64,000 bases of DNA. It comes from Mobula hypostoma (taxonomy: Eukaryota). How positions within the stretch are numbered: the first letter of the stretch is position 1; each line of letters starts with the position of its first letter. The stretch spans positions 32,304,001 to 32,368,000 of the forward strand of contig NC_086108.1 of NCBI RefSeq assembly GCF_963921235.1, written 5' to 3'. This document shows, one piece after another, positions 51,154-64,000 of the stretch. A program made the translations under genes and the position numbers. The notes beneath the pieces are model-generated. The model made no database searches and was not told the DNA's origin. It saw only the letters and a program-made list of their open reading frames with translations.

Positions 51154-51936
51154 CACTGGACTACAAATTTTTTCTAAAGTGTTGCTTCCTCAGAATTTTT
51201 TAATGATAGACCACTTGAAGCTGAACACAAATATAATTTCAGACTACTTGTATCATGTAGGAATTGGTGAAACAAGAAATTAACTTTTATTGAATACAAT
51301 GCCTTTAATTGTATAACAGTGCTGTTGCTTTGCAATAGTTCAACTAAGCTAAAAAATGTTTTGTTGATGATTTTTGTTTATGGCTGAGACTTCTCTCTTA
51401 AGTGTCCAACAATAATCAGCCAGCATTGATGGATTCTGGTTGCCCTGATACCATTTCTCCATAACCACAATGTCCTAGTGAATCCTTTTATCATGCTCGT
51501 CACTGACAGCGCCAAGATTTGCAGGAAAGAAGTCTAAGTGGGAATGCAGAAAATGAATCTTTAGAGACATGTTACACTTCATGGTTTTGTACACTTGAAG
51601 CATGTTGTCATCCAGCTGCAATTTGGTGTTTTGTAATTGCCACGAAAATTTACAGCATCTTTGAATGCTTTCCATGCGATTTTTCTCTGGTCCCACTAGA
51701 AGTTCTTCAAATTGCTTGTCATTGATAACCTATTTGATCTGTGGGCCAACAGAAATGCCTTCCTTAACTTTGGCATGTTATTCTGACATGAATTATGAAT
51801 TGAAACAACAAAAATAGGCAATTTTAAAAAATTGTGCACGATAAGGAAATTTCATGGTGACTTTCATAATCAAAAGCCCAATATCCATAAAGTACACCCA
51901 AAAGCATTCGGGAAGCAAAGTCTTTGTTGTCCAGAG
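51154..51936 (-). mobile_element. Chapaev-like (CMC) DNA transposon remnant
   Basis: Inverted termini cactggactacaaa / tttgttgtccagag. Minus-strand peptide MSLKIHFLHSHLDFFPANLGAVSDEH, a motif I associate with Chapaev3-type transposases. Confidence 0.6.
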
Positions 51937-51953
51937 CTAGTTATATGAGAATG

Positions 51954-52295
51954 ACATCTCCCTATCTCACCGAGGGTTTGAGACCCGTCGTCGGCTACCC
52001 TCACCTGGTTTAGCCGGCTTGTCGAAGGTCCAATGGTCAAGAAGGCGGTCTCTGCAAGTGTCGTGGAACGTGTAGAGCACGACAAGATGCAGAAGACGTC
52101 CTGGTCATCCACTGCGCCTAGTCCCATCTCCAGCTGTCTCGACTCTGTCTTGCCACTGGATCCAGATGGGAATTGGGAAGAGAGAGTGAGGCTGACGCTA
52201 CGCAACTTTCCCTCGCTTAAATCCAAATTATGCACTAGTCTCGACACCATCAATGGTGTCGAGGTCTTCATTGACGACGACGATGGACGAACAAC
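51954..52295 (+). mobile_element. Young CpG-rich non-autonomous retroposon (possibly RTE-derived)
   Basis: Perfect 11-bp TSD atatgagaatg (51943-51953 / 52296-52306), 3' hairpin and (gac)n tail. Confidence 0.7.
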
Positions 52296-52794
52296 ATATG
52301 AGAATGCCAAATTAACCACGTTCATTGTTCTTAGTGATTTAGTAATAAACTAGGATGCAGCGATGATTATATTTATTTATAAGGTTACCATTAAAATACA
52401 TTATGTACATGAAAAAAGTCATTATTCTTGGAAAGCATCTTGTGTAATGCTGCCCACTCTAAAAATGCTATTTCAGCAAATTATGATGCAGTTCAACAGT
52501 TTACTGTGATAAATACTTAAAATGGTAGTTTTTCACACTTGTAGCCTAACCTGCTGATTATCTTCAGCATATTTTGTTTGATTTTAGATTTCCAGCACAT
52601 TCAGGTGTATTTTCAAGCATTCCAGAGGCAAAAAATCCGTGGAGCCTGCATCAGAACTAACGAGAGGAAGATGTGTAATCAGCAAATGAAATAACCTATC
52701 ACATGACATGTTCATCTGTTCTGCATTTGTCAAGAGCGAGTAGCCCATCTGAGGACATACATGGGTTGCAACATCCAGCATTTTAGCCGTTATT

Positions 52795-53820
52795 GCTGGA
52801 AGGATTGAATTTAAGAGCAGGGAGGCTATGTTGCAACTGTACAGGGTACCGGTGAGGCTGCACCTGGAGGACTGTGTGCAGTTCTGATCTTCTTACTTGA
52901 GGAAAGAGATAATGACTGTGGAGGAGGAGCAGAGGAGATTCGCCAGGTTGATTCTGGAGGTAAGCGGTTTCACCTATGAAGAGAGATTGAGTCTCCTGGG
53001 ACTATACTCATTGGAATTCAGAAGAATGAGAGTGAATCATATAGAAACATATAAAATTATGAAAGGGATAGATAAGAGAGGCAGGAAAGTTGTTTCCACT
53101 GATATGAGACATGGCATGATATGAGACAGAAGACTAGGGGACATGGCCTCAAATTCTAGGGGAATAGATTAGGACTGAGATGAGGAAAAGCTACTTTTCC
53201 CAGAGAATGTCACAATAGTATAGTGGATAACACAACACTATTACAGCACTAGTGACCCAGAATTAACTCCCTCTGCTGTCTGTGACTGCGTGGGTTTTAT
53301 AGAACATAGAATAGTACACCACAGTAAGGCCCTTCGGCCCATAATGTTGTGCCAACCCTTAAACCCTGCCTCCCATATAACCCTCCACCTTAAATTCCTC
53401 CATATACCTGTCTAGTAGTCTCTTAAATTTCACTAGTGTATCTCATGTTTTCTCCATGTGTTCCAGTTTTCTCCCACATTCCGAAGTTGTATGGGTTAGT
53501 AGGTTAAATGCATAATTGGTGTAATTGGGTATTGTGGGTTCATTGGGCCAGAAGGGCCTGTTACCATGCTGTGTCTCTAAATTAAATAAAATAAATAAAT
53601 AGATACTGAATCCATGGAATTCTCTGCCTATGGAAACAGTAGAGGCTACCCCATTAAATATATCTAAGCTATAGGTAGATAGATTTTTGCTTAATAAGGG
53701 CCATGGGGAAAAGGCAGGTACGTGGAGCTGACTACCGCTGGATCAGCCATGATCTTATTGAATGGAGGAGCAGACTCGACAGGCCAGATGGCCTACACCT
53801 GCTCCTGTTTCTTATGTTTA
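52795..53820 (+). mobile_element. CR1 3' fragment with nested SINE (~53208-53600) and reverse CR1 tail (~53299-53445)
   Basis: Peptide QRRFARLI...YEERLSLLGLYSLEFRRMR; CR1 3' hairpin and ttcttatg tail at about 53760-53817. Confidence 0.75.
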
Positions 53821-54660
53821 ACTTCAGGATTTATTGCACTGGAACCTGAGTCAATTTATCATATGAGTAATCTTTGACAGTAAGGATAAATCTCAGATCA
53901 TGAAAGTGTTTTCAAGGATATTTTTAAAAATCACACAATCTTAAGTGGGTGTAGAATTTCAAATAGCTTTATGAGCATTAAAGCAACCTTTAAAACCTTG
54001 CAAGCTTGAGTCTCACTCTTTTGTCTGGCCAGGATAATAGAATTTTGGCTAGATTTTGATGTTGCACACATCAGGATGAAGCAATGAAATCTTAAAGTAC
54101 AGCAACAGATGTCTGAAAAATAATATAGGCCAGGCCAAGATATTCAATTGCCTAATTATTTTTCCCATGAAAGTAATTAAAAACTGGTTCTGTTGGAGTG
54201 AAACAACCATTTCCCGCTTGTCGCATCACTATTGAAATTCGATTAGGCACTTCCCAGAATTTATCAACACCAGAATCACGATATGATGGAATGGTTACAG
54301 AATGGAAGGAGGGCATTTTGCCCATTGAGTTCATTCTGGTTCAGTGTAAGAGTAATCCAGCTACTTCAACTTCCTTCTCCCTTCTTTTCTAGTCCTGAAG
54401 AAGGGTCTTGACCCAAAACATTGACTGTTTATTCTTTCCCATTGATGCTGCCCGGCCCGTTGAGATCCTCCAGCACTTTTTGTGTGTTGCTTTGAGTTCA
54501 ACTTCCTTGCCTTCTTCATGATACTTGCTTAAAATAGCCACAAGCTGCATTTCTAACTGTGTTTTACGAGTAAAAGAAGCTATTTTTAAATAAAGCAGCA
54601 AAGAATAAATGCAATTAACAATCATTTTAAGTGACCTTATTGGTCATTTTCACATCAAAA

Positions 54661-55068
54661 TATTGAACATCTCTCTGCTAGGTTGTGTAACAAACAACGA
54701 TTAACACAGGGTGGTTCAATCGTAAGTGCATTTATGTTTACTTGCTGCAAGGCAAGACCATCACTGCACAAGAGCCAGTGATAGCTTTGAAAAAACAAAC
54801 AGCATAGTCACTCCTTTATACACAAGAGCTATCTACACATGCTGGTTCAAGGACAGGGTCCATTCTGTTGGTCTGCTTAATTAGTGTGCTTGGCATTCTT
54901 CCAGGAATCAAATCTGTTTGTCTTTCTGCAGTTTCTCATATACTCAAGGTCCATTGGCATAATGTTGCATGAACACTATTAGTAAAGCACTCTGGTCCAT
55001 TACAGGTTCCATTTTGTGACAGACAAATTGCCATTTTGTTACTTCAAGTAAAGTGCAGCTTCACAACA
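54661..55068. mobile_element. Candidate solo LTR
   Basis: Termini tattg (for tgttg) ... caaca, flanked by a tcaaaa duplication (54655-54660 / 55069-55074). Minus-strand TATAAA at about 54815. Confidence 0.4.
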
Positions 55069-56264
55069 TCAAAATACATAACACATTCTTCCTTTTATTA
55101 AGACTTCGTAATAATATTATGTAGGATTATCAGATCACCAAGCAAAAAGATACTAAAATATTTGTCTCATACCACCCTGTAAATTGCTGATGCAATAATA
55201 GTGGGACTGTTGACTACTTACAGCAAATTTACAGCAGGTGGGAGGAAGGTCGGAAAAGATACAGTGATAAAGTTTTGATAACAAACATCAAAACTCAACT
55301 GCTCTTTCCAAGCAACTGTCCAAAGCGTAACACTTTTAGGGTATTTAAGTTACAAAAATTCACTTCTACCTTAATTTATCCTTCATTTAAGGATGATACA
55401 GGGGACAGTAAAAAATCAGTGCTGCCTGTAGATGAGCAATGAATTATTGTCAACAGCCTCTTGATTTCCACTTTTACCATGTTCAAATATAGAAGTTGAG
55501 GCCAGGTTTCCTCTGTTACAACAGTAAACACAGATACCTTCACCAGTGTTATAGAAGACTTTTAAGTTTATTCTCCTTCAAGCTATGCCCTTTATTTACC
55601 TACTTTTTGACAAATTGAAACAACACGTCATGGTCCACATTATCCAAATCAGGGCTGGTTTAAGCCTTAAGCGCCATTTTCAGTTGAAACAGAAACCCCA
55701 GACCAAAATTACTCCTGATACGTCAGCATAAACAACATGCTAGCCCAATGCATTTGCTGGTCACATGCATTGAATTTATCTTTACTTTGTTTTTCTCATG
55801 AATGCTATGTATCTGAGGTGCTGTTGCAGGTAAGACTTTTCTTTGCACCTGTATACGTACTTGGGCATGTGACAAGAAACTTGACTTTATAACCTTTATA
55901 AATTTATGTTTGAAGTACACTAGTGCCATAGACCTCAGTTACTGAAACAGAATAAGCTAAAGGGTGAGGCCTGGTTTTGATTTAATTAAAAGACTCAAGC
56001 TTTCCTAGGCTAATGCCAGAGAGTTCTCCTGTTCTGCCATTCAATAACTTCAGACCAGACTTTCCCTCAGTGCCACTTTCCTGCACTGAGCCTATTCCTT
56101 AGGATTTTCTATGAAGGTATTGAACACTGTATTGAATATATTCAGTAGTTGAGCCTCCTCAGTTCTCATGTTTAGAGAATGTACTACCCTCTGGGTGGAA
56201 GACATTTTGTTTCATCTCAATCTTAAATGGCTGGCCCCTTAATTTGAGTCTGCGATTTCCCGGC

Positions 56265-56635
56265 TTGGGTGGCAGGGTGTAGATACATCTCTACCAAAGG
56301 AGGTGTAAGGTGCTCCTTCTCTCCACTTACCTTTGACAAGGTGTAGCTCCTACTTCGCCGCCCCCAGTCAAGATCACATGAAGCCATGGGTGCAGGTGGT
56401 GGATGGTCGTTTGAGCGTCTGGTGCATATCACAAGTCCTGGTTATCCAACCACTTATACCAGGCAGACAATCTCTTAAGGGTATTGATAACGGCTGGGCT
56501 CACCCACCTTATAAAGACCCTGCTCAGAAGAAGAAAATGGCAAACCATTTCTGTAGAAAAATTTGCCAAGAACTATCACAGTCATGGAAAGACCATCACC
56601 TATGTAACATGACAAGACACATAACAAACGAATGA
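56265..56635 (+). mobile_element. RTE-related SINE, second copy of the 16430 family
   Basis: Collinear similarity to 16430-16802. Confidence 0.55.
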
Positions 56636-56724
56636 TCTCCTGGCTCCAGCTACCCATACCAGGGAAAAACATCAACTTCATCTACTCTGCCAATCGCTTA
56701 AAATTTGAACTTTTCAATTAGTCT

Positions 56725-57112
56725 TTGAATAGGATAGTTGAGTGTTGGAGAATGAGGGGAGATTTGATAGAGGTATACAAAGTTATGTGTGGTATAGATA
56801 GGGTAAATACAAGCAGGCTTTTTCCACTGAGGTCGGGTGAGACTAGAACTAGAAGCCATAGGTTAAGGGTGAATGATGAAATATTTAAGGGGAACTTCTT
56901 CACTCACAGTGTGGTGTAAGAGTGCAACGAGCTGCCAGTGGAACTGGTGGATATAGGTTCAACTGCAACATTTAAGAGAAGTTTGGATAAGTACACATAT
57001 GGGAGGGATATAGTCCAAGTGCAGGTCAGTGGGACTAGGCAGAATAACAGTTCAGCATGGATTAGATAGGTCAAATGGCTTGTTTCTGTTCTGTAGAACT
57101 CCATGATTCTAT
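56725..57112 (+). mobile_element. CR1 3' fragment
   Basis: Peptide RMRGDLIEVYKVMCGIDRVNTSRLFP and an attctatg tail. Confidence 0.75.
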
Positions 57113-58359
57113 GAGGTGACCTGTCATTCTTCTAATTCCAGCACGGGCTAATCTCAACACATACAACGAACCTCCTATCCAAGGAATCAGTCTGGTGAAT
57201 CTTTGCCACATTCCTTTATTTACAAGTATAGGACAGATATTGTTGGTGGTCAAGAATCAAAGTTTATAGCAGGAACCAAAAGCAATTGCTTCAGTCTTCA
57301 ATATTTAATTCAACAAAAATTATGCTCACTCAGCACGAGATAATCCAGAGATATTAGGAGAGAGGTGATAATGAGGTAACAGTGAATGTCAACAGCATGC
57401 AAACTGATGTGAAGGATTTCGCTGAGGGAGAATGAGATGTGTAGAATTAACATGAGTATCATTATAAACTGAGAAATAACCTGTGGTGATATTAATGGAA
57501 AACACTTCACACATCTGTTTGATATTTGACATTTTAACACATTAATTAACTTTATTTAAGGTGGATTAATGCAACAAAGATGACAGTCGGAAGTTACTTG
57601 ACTGTCTAGTAATATTGATTGACATTTGTAATTTCTATACTGTAATAGTTGTCATTTCAGCCTTTTGCTTTCATTGATTTTTTTCCAGTTAGGTTAAGTA
57701 ATTATTCCACGTAACCACTGTTATGATGGTTTCATTTCTAAAGGAGAACGAAAGCCTACTTAGCATAAATTCCCACAAGGAATAGTTCTGAAGAACTTCA
57801 AATTCTCCGTGCAGACATATGCAAAATTGTAACATTTTAATTTAAATTTCAGTGTTTTTTCTCAGTGCTCATCTGCCATGACAACAGGAGACTGTGTCTC
57901 TCACAGAAGTCCCATTCACGACAATGAAAATCACCTCTCCTGAGAATGTTCTGAGGAAAGCTGGTGTATTGACATGATCCATCTTGCATTTGCTGTTCTA
58001 AACACTTGCCAGAAATGTGAAATAAATCGGTTCTACTTACCCAGACTACCAATAAATTAAACACAGAAAGTGTGATAACTCACTGGGGTATTCAATGACA
58101 GATACTTATTTATGGTTAGGATCTAGTAATATATTACTATTTTTGATTTACAGCAATGTATGCTACCAGCTGTTTCTGCATTCAAAATATTCAATCCTTT
58201 TGGCCCGAAGCAATGCCATAGGAATTAGTCTATAGCTTTTATAAGTTATGTACCATATACCTTTAGTATACAGTCCAACTGCTGTCAAAGGCCTTTAAAC
58301 TGTTGTAATGTCTCTGATGTTCAATGGCATTTTAAAATTGTTTAAAAGCAGTCAAGTAG

Positions 58360-59590
58360 AATTAGAATCAGATTTATTGTCACTGTCTTATAATTTGTTG
58401 TTTTGTGGCAGCAGTGCAGTGTAGGAAAAAAAGTTACAATAAACACAGAATTTTGTTTCTTAATTTAATCTAAATATCCGCTTTTTTAAGGCATCGCCTG
58501 TTGAAGATGATCTTGGTGCTGGGAAGCTAGTGCCTATGATGGAGCTGGCTGAGTTTACAACTTCCTGCAGCTTTGTCCGATCCTGAGCAGCAGCCCCTTC
58601 CATACCTGTTGGCGATGCAAGGAGTTAGAATGCTTTCCGTAGTACAACTGTAGAAATTTGCTAGTGTCCTTGGTGACATACAATTCTCCTAAAACTCCAA
58701 TGAAATATAACCACTGTCAGGCCTTCTTTGTAATTGCATCAATATTTTGGGCCCAGGATATATTCTGGGATGTTGACATCCAGGAAATTGAAACTGCTCA
58801 CCCTTTCCATTTCTGATCCCTTGATGAAGACTGGAGTGTGTTCCCACAAGTCCCCCTTCCTAAAGTCCACAATCAACTCCTTAGTCTTACTGATGCATAG
58901 TGAAAGGTCATTGCTATGACACCACTCAACCAACTGATCTATCTTGCTCCAGTACGCCTCCCTGACACCATCTGAAATTCTGGCAAATATAGTTGTGTCC
59001 AGATGATCCAAGGCCAAGTGGAAATCCAATGAGATTGCATCTGCTGTAGACCTATTATGGCAATAGGCAAATTGCAGTGGGTCCAGGTCCTTGCTTAGGC
59101 AGGAGTTGATTCTAGACATGACCAACCTCTCAAAGCATTTATCACAGTAGATGAGAGTGCCACTGGGTTATAGATGACTGAGGCAGATCACCCTGTTCTT
59201 CCTGGGCAGTGGTATGATCATCAGTCTTTTGAAGCAGATGGAAGCTTCTGTCTACAGCAGAGGTATTGAAGATGTCCTTGAACACTCCCGCCAGTTGGTC
59301 GGCATAGGTTTCCAAACCCCTACCAGGTACACCATCAGGGCCTGACGCCTTACAAGGGTTCACCCTCTTGAAAGGTGTTCTGACTTTGGCCTCCGAGACA
59401 GAGACCACAGAGTCACTGGATGCCGCAGGGATTTGCACAGGTGTAGTTTTATTGCATGCATAAAAAGTATTCAAGTTCATCTTGGAGAGAAGCCTCAGAG
59501 CCATTCATAATGTTAGGTTTCATTCTGCAGTAAGTAATGGCCTGCAAACCCTGTCAGAGTTGACATGCATCCAATTCCATTTCTAATCGC
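58360..59590 (-). mobile_element. Rex1/Babar-like LINE fragments
   Basis: Peptides KASGPDGVPGR and [19 protein letters not shown]. Confidence 0.75.
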
Positions 59591-60429
59591 AATTGGAATG
59601 ATGGTGCCGTCTTCTTGAGGATGTCCTCAAAGATGGGAATGCTTGTGCCCAGCATTTAAAAAAAATTACTTTAAAGATAACTATGTCGGTCCCTGACAGT
59701 AGGAGCAGTAAACAAACTTCTCAAAGATTCAAAGTACATTTATTATCAAAGTATTTATGCAGTATACAACTCTAAAATTCGTCTTCAGAACAGTCAAAGA
59801 AGAACCATGGAACCAAGCCATTCAAAGGAAAATATCAGTCACCAAACCCCCCTCCCCCCGCGTGCAAAAAAAATCGTACAGACAGCAACATCCTTTATAA
59901 AACACAAAGACATGAAACAGATAACTTGGCAGCCGAATTGTTTACTTTGAAATATTGCTTTGGGACAAAAGAACAGAAAAAATATTGCAGTCTTTGCTGG
60001 ACTCCCTTTTAAATGTTTCCATACTATAGCTGCTTGCATTTCATATACAGTAATTTCATTTGAGAAGTTTCTCTTATTTACACAGCTCTTTCTTTTGTTT
60101 TTCTCCCTATATTCATTCTCACCACTTCCTTCTTCTGCCTTGAATAGTATTGAAATCTTGCCTTGATTTAGTTTTAGTCTTGCAATATGATAATTTTTCA
60201 AATAAATAATTCTTTTTACAATTTTAAAAATGGTTCTCAGATCGTGGAAGGCATTGGAAACATTGAATATTTCGAATTACTTTGAACAGAGGAGTCAATT
60301 GTGCATCCAAAGCTACACATAGCCATACAGGGTAAAGCCAACAGATTACCTCCCTGAAGTTAATAGTGAGCCAAATGTTTTTTTTAAATGATACTCCAGT
60401 TATTTTATGCTACTTTTTTTAGACATTTT

Positions 60430-61090
60430 CAAAGTTCGAAGTAAATTTATTACCAAAATACATATATATCACCATTTACTACCCCAAGATTCATTTTCTT
60501 GAAGGCATTCACAGACTAAAAAACACAATGGAATCAATGAAAGACTATACACAAAGACAAACAACCAATATGCAAACAATGACAAATTGTGTAAATCCAA
60601 AAAGACGAACAGATAAGTAATAGTGAGAACATGAGTTGTAGAGTCCCTGAAAGTGAGTCCAAAGGTTGAGGAGTCAGTTCAGTATTGGTATGAGTGAAGT
60701 TATACATCCTGGATCAGGAGCCAGATGGTTGAAGGGTAATAATTGTTCCTGAACCTGGTGGTGTGGGACCTAAGGTTCCTGTACCTCCTTCCCATGGCAG
60801 CAGTGAGAAGAGAGCATGGCTTACATGGTGGAAGTCTTTGCTGATTTCTGCTTTCCTGCAAGTGCTCCTTCTAGATGTGCTCAATGGTGGGGAGGATTTT
60901 ACCTGTGATGGACTGGGATGCACCCAGTACTTTCTGTAGGCTTTTTCCTTCAAGGGCATTGGTATTCCCATACCAGGCCATGATGCAACCTGTCAGTATA
61001 CTCTCCACTGTGCACCCGCCAAAGATTGTCAGATTTTTAGACGACATAACAAATCCTTACAAAATTCTAAGGAGAGGCGCTTGCTTTCTT
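60430..61090 (-). mobile_element. Rex1/Babar-like LINE 3' fragment
   Basis: Collinear with 3665-4384. Confidence 0.65.
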
Positions 61091-61499
61091 TGTGACAGAA
61101 TGTGCTATTCTTCAGCTGGTGGTTCCCCAGGCATTTTCCAGTCAGCTGTAGTCCAAAGGTCATATCCTTCCTGACGTTCATGAATAATTTGGAAAGACAA
61201 TCTGGAAATGAATCAAACTGCAGTGAGTTATTGTCATTACCTTGATTTTGCTGCTCTTTTCTGGAAACGTCAACAGTATATTCAAATAAATTAAATTTTA
61301 GAAGCATAAAGTTAACTTTATTGACCAATTTCAGTCCCAACTTTTGAGTTTCTAATTATATACTCACTCTTTTTACCAAGGACATTTTCAACTTTAATTC
61401 AGGGGTTTCCAGGGCATTAATTCCTTTGTCCCATCTAAAAGTGCCTCTAATCAGAAAGAATATAGTTGTACATTGAAAATTGTGGCTTGTAATTTACCA

Positions 61500-64000
61500 T
61501 ACTTTCAAACCACCAGTATGGTCAATGCAGGACCACCGATTGATCTCCGCGGGATGCGTCCACCAACATCAAAGAGCTGACAACAAAACACTGCATTGAT
61601 GGAAACCTGGAAAGATGCACTATTTACCAAGGAAACGTGGGAAAGGAGCTGGGCTGCTGGTCAGATTGAAGCTGAGGGGCTTCAGGGTCCCTATGCCCAC
61701 CATCCTACTAGCTAATGTGCAAGCCATAGAGAACAAGGTGGATGATCTTAAAGGGAGACTCACCTACTGCAGAGAGATGCAGAACTGCTGTGTATTCTGT
61801 TTCACCGAGACCTGGCTCTCCCCTGCCACCGCCGATATTGCCATCCGACCGGAGGGATTTTTGATCCATCGGTTGGACCGCACGACGTCTTCGGGCAAGA
61901 CGAGGGGAGGTGGTGTCTGCCTACTGATCAACACTGGGTGGTGCTCGGACACAGTGGCACTGACAAGCTCCTGCAGCCTGGACCTGGAACACCTGTCGGT
62001 GAAGTGTTGTCCCTACTATCTGCCACGGGAATTCACCTCGGTCATACTGACAGCGGTCTACATTCCCCCCCAGGTGGATGTGGGGTGTGCTCTGAACGTA
62101 CTGTATGCCAACATCAGTGAACTTGAGACCAGGTATCCGGAGACTTTATTCATTACAGCCGGGGACTTTAACCAGGCCAACCTCAGAAAGATGCTGCCAA
62201 AGTTATACCAACATGTCTCCTGCCCCACTAGAGGCCCGAATATACTTGACCACTGCTACACAGCAGTCAAGGATGCCTACCGTTCCATCCCATGACCTCA
62301 CTTCGGAAAATCGGACCATCAGGCTGTACTCCTCCTCCCGGCTTACAAACAAAAACTGATGCGGGAGGTCACGATGTCAAAAGTAGTGTCGTGTTGGACG
62401 GAGGAAACAGATGAAGTCCTCTGTGCCTGCTTTGAGTCTGTGGACCAGTTAGTATTCAAGGACTCAGCAGCTAACCTCCATGAGTATGCCTCAGCTGTCA
62501 CGGACTTTATTTGGAAATGCACAGAGGACTGTGTGTCTCGCAAGACGATCCATGTATTCCCTAACCGGAAACCTTGGATGAATTATGAGGTCAAGCCCCT
62601 TTTAAAGGCTAGAGCTGTGGCTTTTAGGTCTGGGGATACCAGTCGCTACACGGAATCCAGGCATGAATTCCAGAAAGCCATTAAGGGCGCCAAGAGGCAA
62701 TATCAAGCCAAGTTGGAAGCCCAGGCTAACCAGAGGGATGCCAGTAGACTATGGCAGGGTCTAAATGAGATCATTGGGCGCAAAGGCTGGGAATATCAAT
62801 AACTGTGGCGCTTCTCTTCCTGACGAACGTAACATATTCTACACAAGATTCAAACAGAAGAGGAGCGTCCCGCTCCCTCCGGATGAACCAGACCTGGTGG
62901 CGTCGAGATTCATCGTCACCGAGGAGGATGTTAGAAAGGCCTTCCTGAAGATAAATCCAAGGAAGGCGACGGGCCCAGATGGTGTCCCAGGACGGGTTCT
63001 CTGGGCCTGTGCAAGCGAGCTAGCTGGAGTGTTTGCTGACATCTTCAACTGCTCCTTGCTTCAGTCTAAGATCCCCTCGTGTTTTAAGAAGGCAACGATA
63101 ATCCCAGTGCCAAAGAAGAGGAAGATGGCATGCCTGAATGACAATTGACCTGTGGCTCTGACATCAATTGCTATGAAATGCTTTGAGCAATTGGTTATGG
63201 CACACATCAACCACAGCCTTCCGGTCAACCTCAACGCTTTGCAATTCACATACCGGAGCAACAGGTCAACGGCAGATGCCATCTCTCTGGCCCTACATTC
63301 CTCCTTAGAACATCTGGAGAATAAAGACGCAAAAGTAAGGCTCCTTTTCATTGACTACAGCTCTGCCTTTAATACCATCATTCCAAATAAACTGATTCCT
63401 AAGCTCCTGAACCTGGGCTTTAGCACTCAGATCTGCAGCTGGATCTTCAATTTCCTCACAGACAAGACCCAGGCTGTCAAAATAGGGGACAAGCTCTCCT
63501 CTACAATTACTCTGAGCACCGGTGCCCCACAAGGCTGTGTACTCAGCCCCCTGCTGTACTCACTGTACACCCATGACTGTGTAGCCAAGTTTCCATCAAA
63601 CTCAATATATACGTTTGCTGATGACACAACAATTGTAGGCCGTATCTCGGGTAATGATGAGTTTGAGTACAGAGAGGAAATTAAGAACCTGGTGGTATGG
63701 TGCAAAGACAATAACCTATCCCTCAATGTCAGCAAGACGAAGGAATTGGTTGTTGACTTCAGGAGTAGCGGTCCGCACGACCCAATTTACATTGGTGGTG
63801 CGCAAGTGGAACAGGTCAAAAGCAGGTAAAGAAATTTGGCCTGTCCCCTGAAACCCTCATTAATTTTTATAAATGCACCGTAGAAAGCATTCTTCTAGGG
63901 TGCGTCACAACTTGGTATGCAAGTTGTCCTGTCCAAGACTGAAAGAAGCAGCAGAAGATCGTAAACACGGCGCAGCACATCACACAAACCAATCTTCCGT
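61500..64000 (+). mobile_element. Rex1/Babar-like LINE, near-complete ORF (endonuclease plus RT), disrupted; runs off the window
   Basis: Motifs [49 protein letters not shown] and FADDTT. Premature stops and frameshifts, plus a ~100-bp deletion near 63823 relative to the 24.8-kb copy. Confidence 0.9.

Noticed and set aside
59839..60201. 120-aa minus-strand ORF
   Set aside because: No recognisable homology and no convincing pair of splice sites.

Overview
Vertebrate genomic DNA, most likely from a cartilaginous fish (shark or ray). This is inferred from the HE1-like tRNA-derived SINEs, the abundant CR1 and Rex1/Babar LINEs, and vertebrate intron phases. The only host gene I can support is the 3' part of ITPA (inosine triphosphate pyrophosphatase) on the + strand: four GT-AG exons at 12745-12776, 19609-19724, 21080-21156 and 21284-21416 (stop), followed by AATAAA signals. 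The 5' exons were not found and probably lie upstream of the window. Most of the rest is decayed and often nested transposable elements: CR1, Rex1/Babar, RTE, a Penelope-like GIY-YIG fragment, a Tf1/sushi-type Gypsy element and a related solo LTR, two Tc1 elements, Tigger, hAT MITEs, a Chapaev-like remnant, SINEs and a 27-bp minisatellite. The most notable sequence-level observations are: (1) an 11-nt self-priming (tRNA-independent) PBS/LTR complementarity in the Gypsy element; (2) a dispersed family of minimal hammerhead-ribozyme motifs shared by the Penelope-like element and short repeats; (3) a 29-nt Gypsy-integrase-templated filler at the 5' junction of a young CR1; (4) a composite element bounded by mini-MITEs that seeded a VNTR next to a 32-bp ITPA exon; (5) an NLS-like C-terminal extension on ITPA. 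No CRISPR array or prokaryotic system is present. TE family names come from recognising motifs, not from a database search.
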